Source: Nostoc sp.
Lineage (GTDB): Bacteria > Cyanobacteriota > Cyanobacteriia > Cyanobacteriales > Nostocaceae
Assembly: GCA_036918135.1 (NCBI GenBank)
Contig: JBALDB010000011.1
Location: 224,001-288,000, forward strand
Direction: 5' to 3'
DNA: 64,000 bases
The notes beneath the pieces were generated by a model. That model saw only the letters and a program-made list of their open reading frames with translations. It was not told the DNA's origin and searched no databases. Made by a program: the position numbers and the translations under genes. Positions 10,058 to 20,740 of this stretch are shown here, in pieces (position 1 is the stretch's first letter; each line of letters opens with the position of its first letter).

Positions 10058-11647
10058 CTAAGTCATATTTAAGACTTTTCGTAACAGTACTTGGTCTTCT
10101 AATTTGGCTTTTAAACGACCATTTTCGATATCTCGAATCCAGCTTTGGCTTTTACCTGCAAGCTTTGCTAATTCTCTTTGAGAGAGATTCAAATTTTTTC
10201 GCGCTTCCAAAACCTCTTCGCCTAGTAAATCACCTGTGGTGGCGGACTTTCTTTTACTCTTAACACCTCGCCGCTGCTTTTTCTGTGATTGTGAGATTTG
10301 TTGTTCCCATTCTGCTGGTAGTTCAAAAGCCAAAATCCGCGCATTCATTAACAGATTCCACTTACCACGAGGGCCTGTATCTGTTAGGCGAGTTTCAGCC
10401 CCGCCGTCATTAGTCCAAAATTCCAATGCTTCATCTGGATCTTCGGGAATATCCATTAACTTTGCCCACAAAGGTTGAATTTCTGGTGGGTAGGTAACTG
10501 GGTCAAAAATTGGTTTCATTCCATAATGATTGAGAACTTCCAAATCGTTTTCAAAAGTTCGTAGCAGGCGTTTACGTTCTTCGCGTTGTCTGGATGCAAG
10601 GGTAACTTTTTCTTCACCGTAAGCAACACGCAGCAAGGTAGGAACAGTAATGCGTTGTTCTTTACCCATTTTGGTTTTAAACAACAACCACAACATCAGT
10701 CGGACTGCTCCTTCATGTTGTTGCCAAATGCTCATGACTGTGGTTAGCAGTGTTTTGGGGAGACTGCCATATTGATAGAATGCGGTTCGCTCTTTACATG
10801 CTTGTTTGTTTAAGAAATATTCTGCCCAAATACCGGCTTTGACTTTAAAAGTTAGCCCAATCAGATATTTGCAGCCGAGAGCATCTTCTTGAAAGTGGTG
10901 CTGAATGTCCACCAAGTGCCATAAACGGGTTCCTGTAACAGAGAATCCGTTGACTCGACCTTGTTGAGGCCAGTCGATGGAGATAATTAGCGAGCAGGCT
11001 TGCTGGACAAGATTTTTCATTAAAGCTAGCTTGGCAGCTTTGTTTAAATCTTTGCGTTTCTCCATCCCTAAATATTTCTCGATTTGGCGCTCATCGATCG
11101 CAAATTCCTGTTCCCAAGGTCGATCTAAAGCTGTAGCATAAGCTGCAAAAATTAGATGTATGCAAGCAGCTCTAATATCTAGCCCTTCAATTGCTGCTAA
11201 ATCTGTCGCTTTATCGCTCACCTTAAATGGATCTTGGATGTGGAAAGCGATCGCTCCTTTACCTTGGTTGACTTGTCTGCCATAACATAAGTAACCCTCT
11301 TCGTCAGTTTCCCAATGTAAGGATGTGCGTTGCGCTAGTAGATTACAAGCTTCCCAAATCGCGATCGCTGAAGCAAATGGATTATTCTTTCCGTTAGAAA
11401 ATAAATCTAAGCTGGTAGCATCTCTCGGCTCAATTTTACATCTGCCCTTTTTTACCTGCCAAGGAATGGGAGAATTAGTTGGACAAGCTATTACACATTG
11501 TGGTTCTGGATAATAACCCTCACAATTGTTACAAAGACAAGGATCGATCCAGTAATCATCGTCCTCTATTTTGATTGCACCCGTAGGACATTGGGGGCGG
11601 CAGTTGTCACATCCAACGCAACTGTTGTTAGGAATCGTATAAGGCAT
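10058..11647 (-). CDS. cnfR: Nitrogen-fixation transcriptional activator CnfR (PatB)
   Basis: N-terminal 2x[4Fe-4S] motifs (CVGCDNCRPQCP; CNNCEGYYPEPQCVIACP) and C-terminal XRE HTH (LSQRELAKLAGKSQSWIRDIENG). Start taken at MPYTIP. Confidence 0.93.
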   Translation of the reverse strand: MPYTIPNNSCVGCDNCRPQCPTGAIKIEDDDYWIDPCLCNNCEGYYPEPQCVIACPTNSPIPWQVKKGRCKIEPRDATSLDLFSNGKNNPFASAIAIWEACNLLAQRTSLHWETDEEGYLCYGRQVNQGKGAIAFHIQDPFKVSDKATDLAAIEGLDIRAACIHLIFAAYATALDRPWEQEFAIDERQIEKYLGMEKRKDLNKAAKLALMKNLVQQACSLIISIDWPQQGRVNGFSVTGTRLWHLVDIQHHFQEDALGCKYLIGLTFKVKAGIWAEYFLNKQACKERTAFYQYGSLPKTLLTTVMSIWQQHEGAVRLMLWLLFKTKMGKEQRITVPTLLRVAYGEEKVTLASRQREERKRLLRTFENDLEVLNHYGMKPIFDPVTYPPEIQPLWAKLMDIPEDPDEALEFWTNDGGAETRLTDTGPRGKWNLLMNARILAFELPAEWEQQISQSQKKQRRGVKSKRKSATTGDLLGEEVLEARKNLNLSQRELAKLAGKSQSWIRDIENGRLKAKLEDQVLLRKVLNMT

Positions 11648-12510
11648 ATGGCTCTGTTCCCACTCTAATCGTTGAGATGTCTGGCTCAGGTCTCCCCTGG
11701 ATGAGTCCTGTTTATTTATCACTCGCTACCACACGATCTTTCTGGTAAGAAAAATCTTTTCTCACCCTCAGCTAAAATACATATTCACTTTATTTGGTTG
11801 TCATTTGTCCTCTCTTACAAAGTTCCGATCCAAGGCTTCTTTGGATCAGACTTTGCGCTTTGTTCTTTGTCAGTTACTAATGACTAATGACTAATCACTG
11901 ATACTTTGGCCTCTCCTAATGGAGACACTCTTGCTAGCTTGCCTCCCCGCAGGGGTACGCTCAGTACAAGTGACCAATTACCAATGACAGACTTAACCAG
12001 AGAATGTACAACTTGGATGCATACTAGCTTGCTAAGTCCCCACATCCATTTGCTTGACTTTGCATCCAAATTGAAAGCTATTTAAGGCTTTCAAACCGAG
12101 CCTAGTATTACTTCTTTATTAAATATACATTTCATAAATTAAATGATTAAGTTGTTCGCAATGAGCTTAGAAAAAATTCTTAACATTTATTTAGTTATGT
12201 AGTTAATGAACATTTCATCTTTAACCAGAAAACCTTACCCAAAGTCTTTTTAGTCAACATTTAAGCCAATCACAATTCGCTGTTCGCTAATTTATTAATA
12301 ATTTTAATATTTAAAGCTTCATAATATTCTGCCATAAAGTTTACAGTTTCTTCATGATAAGCTCTATTTCATCTAATGAACCCATGAAAAACAATAATCT
12401 TTACTTTGTCAGTATTTATTTAGATATTTCCATAAAAAATAAATTTAAAATTGTTGTTTTAAAAATACATAACGCAGATATCAAAGTGTAACTAAAAAAC
12501 ATTTAGATTT

Positions 12511-12524
12511 GTATATAAAGCTAC
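12511..12524. promoter_or_regulatory. Consensus NtcA site GTA-N8-TAC in the cnfR/fdxB divergent region
   Basis: GTATATAAAGCTAC. A TACACT -10-like hexamer lies 20 nt away on the minus strand, toward cnfR. Confidence 0.5.
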
Positions 12525-12848
12525 TGTTTTTATCTATTTTTTTGCCTCAATATCAAAATATTTGAAAAAAAATCTCATCACTTTTTTAGAGAGATTTAGA
12601 GCTTTGAGAAACAATAGTTGTTGCTAGTAGAGGCTTGAACAAACATTTCACTATTCAAACTCATATTATAATTATTGGCAATAAGTTTCATTTATCAGAA
12701 TCAAGTGAAAAAGAATTTAGTTTTAAATTAAAAGTCATCAAAAATTAATGATGAAAAATATTATTAAATCTCGAAAATTTAAAAATTTGGATAATATAAT
12801 GATTAAAGTAGGAATAAATTGCAAGGCAAAATCGCCGAGGATTAATTC

Positions 12849-13142
12849 ATGGCACAACTAACAGGTTTAACATTTGGTGGTAAGACTTGGACACCAAAGT
12901 TTGCTCAAGAAATTGACAAAGACAAATGTATCGGCTGTGGCAGATGTATTAAAGTATGCGGATACAATGTACTAGGTTTGAAGGCACTCAATGAAGAAGG
13001 GGAATTTGTAGAAGACGAAGATGATGATGAAATTGAACGGAAAGTGATGGCAGTTAGTTATCCAGAAAACTGCATTGGTTGTGAAGCTTGTTCGCGGATT
13101 TGTCCCAAGAACTGCTACACCCATGCTGTATTAAATAATTAA
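12849..13142 (+). CDS. fdxB: Ferredoxin III, nif-specific
   Basis: [11 protein letters not shown] and [12 protein letters not shown] separated by an acidic insert. Confidence 0.93.
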   Translation: MAQLTGLTFGGKTWTPKFAQEIDKDKCIGCGRCIKVCGYNVLGLKALNEEGEFVEDEDDDEIERKVMAVSYPENCIGCEACSRICPKNCYTHAVLNN

Positions 13143-13772
13143 GGTTTGTGGAGTTAGTCAATGTTGTTGTTCGTTTAAGGAGGCACTGTTTGTAAAAAGG
13201 GCAAATGCCCTAAGCAAGGTAACTAGAGGGGAATACTAATGCCGCTGTGCGGAAGTCAAAAGGCTTTTATCTCATACTTCATTGCTGTTTGCAATGGTAG
13301 CTTTATTTCCGTTCTGTGGTACTCAAGATTTGGTGAAACTAGGTAAATAGTTCACAGTAGACAAATCTGTAAATCACAAAATGTTAGTTATTGACAATTT
13401 TAAACTTGCTGCTAATATAGCCTAATCAATATTAGGACTAACAGTGTCCTCTGAACAACTAGCTTTTCTGGAAGCAGGTGAGCTTCCTTTGTCATAGGAG
13501 TTGAAATATAATTGATAATTTTGTGGGGGAAAGATATGAAAAAATCTGGAAGTTTCCCCCATTTTTTATAGCTGCACGTTAGAAAGTTAATAAGTGAAAA
13601 CAAAAAACACTGCCCTGTGAAAGGGAATGGGCAATGGTGAAGTCAAAAGGTAAAAGGCAAAAGTAAAAAGAAAAGAATATGGGTAGATTTTTACTTTTTA
13701 TTTTTTACTTTTTAATACCCAATACCCAAAAAATCACACCTGAAAAGACGGTTTACAGAGCAGGTAGGATGT

Positions 13773-14750
13773 ATGCAACAAGTTCCTGTTTCACTATGGA
13801 CTCTGGTTGCTGGGATAGTAATCACAGCAATTAGCATTTCGATTGGTCAAAGCCACGCTCTACTACCAGTACAAGCATCGCAACAAGCGCCTTTGGTAGA
13901 CGGTTTTTTCAACGTTATGTTTACCATCGCCATTGCTTTGTTCTTAGTAGTAGAAGGAACAATTGTAATTTTTTTGGTTCAGTTTCGTCAGCGTCGGGGA
14001 GATGACACCGATGGCATACCAGTAGAAGGCAACTTGCCTTTAGAAGTTTTTTGGACAGCAATCCCAACACTAATTGTCCTCGGCTTGGGTATCTACAGTG
14101 TAGATGTTTTTAACCGCATGGGAGGCTTTGAACCTGGAGATCATCCTCATTTGCCGGCTCATGTTGCTCATATGCCAGGAAGTGCTATCGCAGCCACATT
14201 AAGCGACACTTCTCAGCCAACAACTGCTCCAACAATTGGGATTGGCGCGTCTCCTAAAGTTATAGGCAAACCAGCAGATTTAGTGGTTGATGTCAAGGGG
14301 ATGCAGTACGCTTGGATATTTAACTATCCTGAAAGTGGCATTACTTCTGGGGAATTGCACATTCCTGTTGGTGCTGATGTGCAACTCAACCTTTCAGCAG
14401 ATGATGTAATTCACTCATTTTGGGTGCCAAACTTCCGCCTGAAGCAAGATGCCCTTCCTGGTATCCCTACTGAACTACGATTTGTCGCCACCAAACCAGG
14501 TACATATCCAGTAGTTTGTGCTGAATTGTGTGGTGGTTACCACGGTTCAATGCGGACACAGGTATTTGTTCACACACCAGAAGAATACAAGAGCTGGTTA
14601 ACAGAAAACCAGGTTGCTCAAAAACAAAACTTGGAGCAAGTCGTTGCAGTTAATCCTGCTGAGTTATCAACATCAGAGTTTCTCGCTCCTCACATCCACG
14701 ATATGGGGATTAGTGCTGCAACTCTAGAATCAGTTGTTAAGAGTCATTAG
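13773..14750 (+). CDS. coxB2: Cytochrome c oxidase subunit II (heterocyst cox2 type)
   Basis: DVIHSFWVP and CuA motif CAELCGGYHGSM. Follows cnfR-fdxB. Confidence 0.92.
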   Translation: MQQVPVSLWTLVAGIVITAISISIGQSHALLPVQASQQAPLVDGFFNVMFTIAIALFLVVEGTIVIFLVQFRQRRGDDTDGIPVEGNLPLEVFWTAIPTLIVLGLGIYSVDVFNRMGGFEPGDHPHLPAHVAHMPGSAIAATLSDTSQPTTAPTIGIGASPKVIGKPADLVVDVKGMQYAWIFNYPESGITSGELHIPVGADVQLNLSADDVIHSFWVPNFRLKQDALPGIPTELRFVATKPGTYPVVCAELCGGYHGSMRTQVFVHTPEEYKSWLTENQVAQKQNLEQVVAVNPAELSTSEFLAPHIHDMGISAATLESVVKSH

Positions 14751-14813
14751 TCATTAGTCATTGGTCATTAATAACTGACAAATGACAAAGGACAAACAAC
14801 AAAAGACAAAAAT

Positions 14814-16502
14814 ATGACACAGGTAGAATTTCCACCCAACACTCCACCAGAACAAAAGAAACCAGAAATGGCCGTTGCCCACACGTCTCATCAAGAGCCG
14901 TGGAAATGGCAAGACTATTTCACATTTAATATTGACCACAAAGTTATTGGTATCCAATATCTAGTAACGGCGTTTGTGTTCTATCTGATCGGCGGACTGA
15001 TGGCACTCGCTATCCGTGTCGAATTAGCAACACCCGATCCAGATTGGCTAGACCCCAATCTGTATAACGCTTTCATGACCAATCACGGGACGATTATGAT
15101 CTTCCTGTGGATTGTCCCCAGCGCCATTGGGGGATTTGGTAACTTTCTGGTACCCTTAATGGTCGGTGCTAGGGATATGGCTTTCCCGAAGCTGAACGCG
15201 ATCGCCTTTTGGCTAAACCCACCAGCCGGTGCGCTGATATTAGGTAGTTTCCTTTTTGGCGGTTCGCAATCGGGTTGGACAGCTTATCCACCTTTGAGCT
15301 TGGTGACAGCACCCATCGCTCAAACCATGTGGATACTGGCGATCGTTTTGGTGGGAACTTCCTCAATTTTGGGTTCGCTAAACTTTGTAATCACAATTTT
15401 GATGATGAAGGTTCCCAGCATGAGATGGGATCAGCTACCTTTGTTTTGCTGGGCAATTTTAGCAACCTCCGTCCTAGCACTCGTCTCCACACCTGTATTA
15501 GCAGCGGGTTTAATTCTGCTATTGTTTGACCTCAACTTTGGCACCTCCTTCTTTAAACCAGATGCAGGCGGTAACGTTGTAATTTATCAACACTTGTTCT
15601 GGTTTTATTCGCACCCGGCAGTATATCTAATGATTCTGCCTATCTTCGGCATCATGTCCGAAGTGATTCCGGTTCACGCCCGCAAGCCAATCTTTGGTTA
15701 TAAAGCGATCGCTTATTCGAGTTTGGCAATCTGCGTTGTCGGTCTGTTCGTCTGGGTACACCACATGTTTACCAGCGGTACACCCGGTTGGATGCGGATG
15801 TTCTTCACCATCTCGACTCTGATAGTTGCAGTTCCCACTGGCGTTAAGATTTTCGGCTGGGTTGCTACCCTTTGGGGTGGTAAAATTCGCTTCACTAGCG
15901 CCATGCTTTTCGCCATTGGTTTGTTATCCATGTTTGTCATGGGCGGCTTAAGCGGCGTGACAATGGGAACAGCTCCATTTGATGTTCACGTCCACGACAC
16001 CTATTATGTTGTGGCACACTTCCATTACGTTCTATTTGGCGGTTCCGTGTTTGGCATTTACGCTGGCATTTATCACTGGTTCCCCAAAATGACCGGACGG
16101 ATGTTGAATGAAACCTGGGGTCGCATTCACTTTTTCCTCACCTTGATTGGCACGAATTTAACCTTCCTACCCATGCACGAATTGGGTTTGCAAGGAATGC
16201 CGCGACGAGTCGCAATGTATGACCCCCAATTTATCGACCTCAATCAAATTTGTACCTTCGGTTCATTTGTTTTGGGGATATCAGTAATTCCCTTCACAAT
16301 CAACATTATTCAAAGTTGGCTTAAAGGACGCCCAGCAGGCGATAATCCTTGGCATGGTTTGACTTTAGAATGGACAACTAGCTCACCACCTGCGATTGAA
16401 AACTGGGAAGTCTTGCCAGTTGTCACTCATGGCCCTTATGACTACGGTAATGGTCATGTTACTGAATTGCAGCCATCAACGACATCGGAAGCTAATGCTT
16501 AG
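14814..16502 (+). CDS. coxA2: Cytochrome c oxidase subunit I
   Basis: WFYSHPAVY, VWVHHMF, HDTYYVVAHFHYV, GMPRR motifs. Confidence 0.95.
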   Translation: MTQVEFPPNTPPEQKKPEMAVAHTSHQEPWKWQDYFTFNIDHKVIGIQYLVTAFVFYLIGGLMALAIRVELATPDPDWLDPNLYNAFMTNHGTIMIFLWIVPSAIGGFGNFLVPLMVGARDMAFPKLNAIAFWLNPPAGALILGSFLFGGSQSGWTAYPPLSLVTAPIAQTMWILAIVLVGTSSILGSLNFVITILMMKVPSMRWDQLPLFCWAILATSVLALVSTPVLAAGLILLLFDLNFGTSFFKPDAGGNVVIYQHLFWFYSHPAVYLMILPIFGIMSEVIPVHARKPIFGYKAIAYSSLAICVVGLFVWVHHMFTSGTPGWMRMFFTISTLIVAVPTGVKIFGWVATLWGGKIRFTSAMLFAIGLLSMFVMGGLSGVTMGTAPFDVHVHDTYYVVAHFHYVLFGGSVFGIYAGIYHWFPKMTGRMLNETWGRIHFFLTLIGTNLTFLPMHELGLQGMPRRVAMYDPQFIDLNQICTFGSFVLGISVIPFTINIIQSWLKGRPAGDNPWHGLTLEWTTSSPPAIENWEVLPVVTHGPYDYGNGHVTELQPSTTSEANA

Positions 16503-16662
16503 TTAGTATCAGCATTGCTATCCTTGTTAATTTGATTTGAGAACTCGGAATTTCAAGCTTGGAACTCGGAATTTCAAGCTTGAAACTACGAAAGAGCTTC
16601 ACAACTCAGTCCCAATGCCCAGCCCCTCCACACACGCAGCTGTTAATCTTGTCAATAAATCT

Positions 16663-17259
16663 ATGACTATAGCGACAACCGAACATAACAGTGCAGAACA
16701 TCACGAAGAACATCCAGATTTAAGAGTTTGGGGACTGTTAACATTCCTCGTCTCTGAATCCCTGATGTTCGGCGGACTTTTTGCTACCTATTTGTTTTTC
16801 CGCAGCAGTACAGCAGTTTGGCCTCCGGAAGGAACAGAAGTAGAACTATTGTTGCCGACGATTAACACCATTATTCTAGTATCTAGCAGTTTCGTGATTC
16901 ACTTCGGTGATACGGCGATTAAAAAGAATAATGTTAAGGGAATGCAACTATGGTACACAATCACTGCCATCATGGGGGCAATTTTCTTGATTGGTCAGGC
17001 TTATGAGTACGCAACTTTAGGATATGGTCTGACTACCAATGTCTTTGCCAACTGCTTTTATTTAATGACAGGATTCCACGGTTTGCACGTTTTCGTGGGA
17101 CTGTTATTAATATTAGGTGTGTTGTGGCGATCGCGTCGTCCGGGTCAATATTCTGCAACAAATCACACCTTCATCGAAATGGCAGAAATTTACTGGCACT
17201 TCGTAGATATTATTTGGATTGTTCTTTTCAGTTTGGTGTATATTCTCACCTTGTTTTAA
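16663..17259 (+). CDS. coxC2: Cytochrome c oxidase subunit III
   Basis: FLVSESLMFGG, TGFHGLHV, YWHFVD. Start taken at MTIAT. Confidence 0.92.
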   Translation: MTIATTEHNSAEHHEEHPDLRVWGLLTFLVSESLMFGGLFATYLFFRSSTAVWPPEGTEVELLLPTINTIILVSSSFVIHFGDTAIKKNNVKGMQLWYTITAIMGAIFLIGQAYEYATLGYGLTTNVFANCFYLMTGFHGLHVFVGLLLILGVLWRSRRPGQYSATNHTFIEMAEIYWHFVDIIWIVLFSLVYILTLF

Positions 17260-17369
17260 AAGTGAGTGGGGAGTGTTGACTGTTAACTGTTGACTGTTGA
17301 GCCTCGCCGGAGACTCCAAAAGCTCCGGTTAGGAATTATTTTCTTTGTCCCCTCTCCCCGTTTCTTAAT

Positions 17370-17855
17370 ATGCAACTCGAACAAAATAAATTCTCATGGT
17401 TTCAGGTTCCTGAGGATATCAAAAATTTATTAATTTTAGCTGCAAACAATTGGGAAAATACATCAGAATCCGAAAAATATATTCACCAAGCATTAAGTCA
17501 AACTGGTGAAAATACAGATGTTTTGGTAGCAGCATATAGATTCTTTTACTATAAAAATAATTATTCTCTTGCATTGCAAACAACAACCAAATTATTAGAT
17601 AAAATTAAAGAACTAGAAGAATTACCTGAGGAATGGCAGCAACTTAAGCCGATATTAGTCAATCGCAAAGAAGACCCACAAATTCGATTGTACTTGAATG
17701 CTTATGCTGCTTCTGGATTGGTTCTAGCGAAGTTAGGAGCAATAGAGGAAGCAAAAGAAATCAGCGCCAGAGTCAAAGAGATAGACGCAAAGCATGATTT
17801 TGGAGCCGGAATTCTCTTGGATATTTTGACGCATCCAGCAGAAGAAGACGATTAA
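17370..17855 (+). CDS. Conserved hypothetical helical (TPR-like) protein
   Basis: 161-aa ORF with AAYRFFYYK...YAASGLVLAKLG, directly after coxC2. Confidence 0.7.
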   Translation: MQLEQNKFSWFQVPEDIKNLLILAANNWENTSESEKYIHQALSQTGENTDVLVAAYRFFYYKNNYSLALQTTTKLLDKIKELEELPEEWQQLKPILVNRKEDPQIRLYLNAYAASGLVLAKLGAIEEAKEISARVKEIDAKHDFGAGILLDILTHPAEEDD

Positions 17856-17983
17856 TGAATGTGTGGGGATTGGGTACTAGGGATTGGGAATTGACTACTG
17901 AAAAAGTATTCCTAATTTTATTTCCTAGTACCTAATCCCAGTCCCCAGTCCCTAATTCCCTTCTTAAATCAAGGTGAACACTC

Positions 17984-18151
17984 ATGAACAATTGGTTATC
18001 TAATTCATCTTCCTCTTACTCGCTTTTAGGAACTACGAGTAATAACAACTCTATTTTTCCTGTAATCTACATACCTACTACACCTCCTGTGGAAACTCTT
18101 CCTAACGTTTCTCCGATTATTGTCATCCAATCTTCTCATATCAGATTTTAA
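17984..18151 (+). CDS. Putative 55-aa Ser/Pro-rich small protein (below the ORF-track cutoff)
   Basis: aaggtga upstream of the ATG; MNNWLSNSSSSYSLLG...SSHIRF; stop lies 5 nt before the cupin ATG. Confidence 0.4.
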   Translation: MNNWLSNSSSSYSLLGTTSNNNSIFPVIYIPTTPPVETLPNVSPIIVIQSSHIRF

Positions 18152-18156
18152 AAGTT

Positions 18157-18768
18157 ATGCAAGGTAAGGATTGGCTAATAACGGCAGACGGTCAGTGTCA
18201 AGTCTGTAAGTCTGTGAGAGGATGGGATTTATTGAGAGATAATTACCGCCTGTATCGGTTTTTAACTGAGGTGGAAGATGTTCTCAATAGTGCGGAAGAT
18301 GAATCGAGTTGTTTGCCAGAAATGCGGATGTTAGTCAGGCGCTTGATTGTCAATTCCTACTGGGTGCGGAGTCAATATTTAGAACCTTCTCCGAAAACTG
18401 GAACCTCTGTCTCACTCCTATATGATGAATTGGGTTTTCCATTAACAGTGCAAATAGTAACATTTGCACCAGGAACGCGCTCGAATATTCATAATCATGG
18501 GACGTGGGGAGTAGTGGCGGTGTTAAAAGGTCAAGAAAAAAATACTTTTTGGCAACGCACTTATAGCTCAGAATCCCAGGAGAAAATTGAACATAAGGGA
18601 GAAGTGACTCTTTTTCCAGGAGATATTGTTAGCTTTGCTTCCAATGCAATTCATAGTGTAGAAGCACTGGGTGATGAACCAACTGTGACTTTTAACGTTT
18701 ATGGCGAAACCGCTCCGAAAGAAAGATTTGAGTTTGACTCTGTTACCCATAAGGCGAAGAATTTTTGA
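18157..18768 (+). CDS. Cupin, cysteine-dioxygenase-like
   Basis: SNIHNHGTWGVVAVLKGQE...IHSVE metal-binding cupin motif. Confidence 0.85.
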   Translation: MQGKDWLITADGQCQVCKSVRGWDLLRDNYRLYRFLTEVEDVLNSAEDESSCLPEMRMLVRRLIVNSYWVRSQYLEPSPKTGTSVSLLYDELGFPLTVQIVTFAPGTRSNIHNHGTWGVVAVLKGQEKNTFWQRTYSSESQEKIEHKGEVTLFPGDIVSFASNAIHSVEALGDEPTVTFNVYGETAPKERFEFDSVTHKAKNF

Positions 18769-18787
18769 TAATAAAAAATTCACAAGT

Positions 18788-18910
18788 TATGGGAATTGGG
18801 AATTGGTAATTGGTAATGGGTAATTGGGAATTGGGAATTGGGAAAAAGCGAATTGAGAATTGAAAATTTACCCCCATCACCCATCACCCATCACCCATTC
18901 CCCATTCCCC
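18788..18910. repeat. Heptamer STRR arrays (also about 17866-17960, 53100-53240, 57425-57470, 57850-57950)
   Basis: Tandem units such as gggaatt, cccatca, aatgact, ggtattg. Confidence 0.8.
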
Positions 18911-19035
18911 AAGATTGCTGAATTCTGAATTCTTCTTCAATTAGGAATCTCAAGATTATTTGCATAGATTAGTAGTTTGTGCTGTCTTTAGTAAAGCGCC
19001 AACTACAAACAATTGAGTAATTAAGAGGTAGTAAC

Positions 19036-19545
19036 ATGGCAAGAGTAATTTTTTATAGTAAACCTGGCTGTAAAGGCGGTACTAAGCAAAAAGTTTTACT
19101 CACAGCTGCTGGTCATGAGGTGTTAGCATACGATTTGTTAACAGAACCTTGGACAGTTGAGCGGTTGCGCTCATTTTTTGGCGATCGCCCCGTAGCTGAT
19201 TGGTTTAATCGTTCCTCCCCACGGATAAAATCTGGTGAGGTAGTTCCAGAAAAAATTGATGCCCAAACTGCTTTGATGCTGATGTTGAGAGATCCGCTGT
19301 TGATTCGCCGTCCTTTGTTAGAAGTAGGCGATCGCCGTGAAGTAGGATTCGATGTGGAAAAGATTGATGCTTGGATTGGTTTAAACCCTGTAGATGAATC
19401 CTTGCGAGAAATAAGCGAAAATCTGATGAACCAAAATTTGCAAGGCTGTGCCCACGGTGGCGATCATCATCACGATCATAATGAGCAAGGCGGTTGTAAG
19501 CATCATGCTGAAGAACACCAAAAGCAAGGCAGTTGTAGCCATTAG
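19036..19545 (+). CDS. Nitrogenase-associated ArsC/Spx family protein with His/Cys-rich tail
   Basis: FYSKPGC, PLLIRRPLL, VGFD motifs. Confidence 0.88.
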   Translation: MARVIFYSKPGCKGGTKQKVLLTAAGHEVLAYDLLTEPWTVERLRSFFGDRPVADWFNRSSPRIKSGEVVPEKIDAQTALMLMLRDPLLIRRPLLEVGDRREVGFDVEKIDAWIGLNPVDESLREISENLMNQNLQGCAHGGDHHHDHNEQGGCKHHAEEHQKQGSCSH

Positions 19546-19589
19546 TGATGGTGGTTTTTAAGGACTGTGTTATCTAAAGACAACCTTGT

Positions 19590-19696
19590 GCATTGTTAAT
19601 GCATTGACTTGCATTGTTAATACATGGACTTGCATTATTAATGCATTGACTTGCATTGTTAATGCATTGACCTGTATTGTTAATGCATTGACTTGC
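19590..19696. repeat. 21-bp tandem repeat, about 5 copies
   Basis: Unit gcattgttaatgcattgactt with few substitutions. Confidence 0.9.
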
Positions 19697-19780
19697 AAAA
19701 ATTAACACGCTATTTCTTGATAGCGTTGTTCAATCACAGGTTAAGGGCACAGCAATGCTGTGCCCCTTCCTTGATTAATG

Positions 19781-20740
19781 TTAACGGACGCTAGCAGTTT
19801 CTAAAGACAAGTCTTGAAACATCGGGGTGCTGAGGTAACGTTCGCCGAAGGAAGGCTGAATCATTACGATTAAACGTCCGGCATTTTCTTTTCGTTTACC
19901 TACTTGAATTGCAGCACATAAAGCTGCACCAGAGGAAATTCCAGACAATAAGCCTTCTTCTTTGGCTAAGCGTCGCCCGTAGGCAATGGCTTGTTCGTCG
20001 CTGACTCTAATTACTTCATCAACTAATTCCAAGCGCAGAACATCTGGGATAAATCCAGCGCCAATACCTTGAATTCGATGGGAGCCGGCTTCACCACCAG
20101 ACAGGACTGGGCTGTTGCTGGGTTCAACTGCGATCGCTTGGAAAGTTGGCTTGCGGCTTTTAATTACCTCTGCAATCCCAGTAATCGTCCCACCAGTACC
20201 TACTCCGGCAATGACGATATCGACTTCCCCATCTGTATCAGCCCAAATTTCTTCGGCGGTGCTTTCCCGATGAACTTTGGGATTAGCAGGGTTACGGAAT
20301 TGTTGCAGCATAAAAGCATTGGGAGTATTAGCTACAATTCCTTCAGCTTTTTTGATTGCTCCCCGCATTCCCTCAGTACCCGGTGTCAACTCTAAAGATG
20401 CGCCATAAGCTCTGAGCATAGCCCGCCGTTCATGGCTCATGGTTTCTGGCATCGTCAAAATTAATTTGTAGCCCCGCGCTGCTGCTACCATCGCTAGAGC
20501 AATTCCTGTATTACCTGAGGTAGGCTCTACTAAAATAGTTTTGCCCGGCTCAATTAAACCCTCTGCTTCTGCTGAGAGTACCATACTTATGCCAATGCGG
20601 TCTTTGACTGAAGCCGCTGGATTCATACCTTCGAGTTTGACAACTATTCTTGCTACTACCCCCTCAGCTTGAGGAATTTTATTCAGTTCAACTAAAGGAG
20701 TTCCTCCAATAAGTTCTGTTACGTCTTTAGCAATCCGCAT
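19781..20740 (-). CDS. cysK: Cysteine synthase A
   Basis: PLP lysine motif [33 protein letters not shown]. Confidence 0.96.
   Translation of the reverse strand: MRIAKDVTELIGGTPLVELNKIPQAEGVVARIVVKLEGMNPAASVKDRIGISMVLSAEAEGLIEPGKTILVEPTSGNTGIALAMVAAARGYKLILTMPETMSHERRAMLRAYGASLELTPGTEGMRGAIKKAEGIVANTPNAFMLQQFRNPANPKVHRESTAEEIWADTDGEVDIVIAGVGTGGTITGIAEVIKSRKPTFQAIAVEPSNSPVLSGGEAGSHRIQGIGAGFIPDVLRLELVDEVIRVSDEQAIAYGRRLAKEEGLLSGISSGAALCAAIQVGKRKENAGRLIVMIQPSFGERYLSTPMFQDLSLETASVR

Noticed and set aside
16537..16662. N-terminal extension of coxC2
   Set aside because: Arises from a 2x21-bp duplication and STRR-like sequence; homology starts at ATG 16663.
13773..17259. cox3 (ARTO-type) operon
   Set aside because: Subunit II has an intact CuA motif and follows cnfR-fdxB, which fits cox2.
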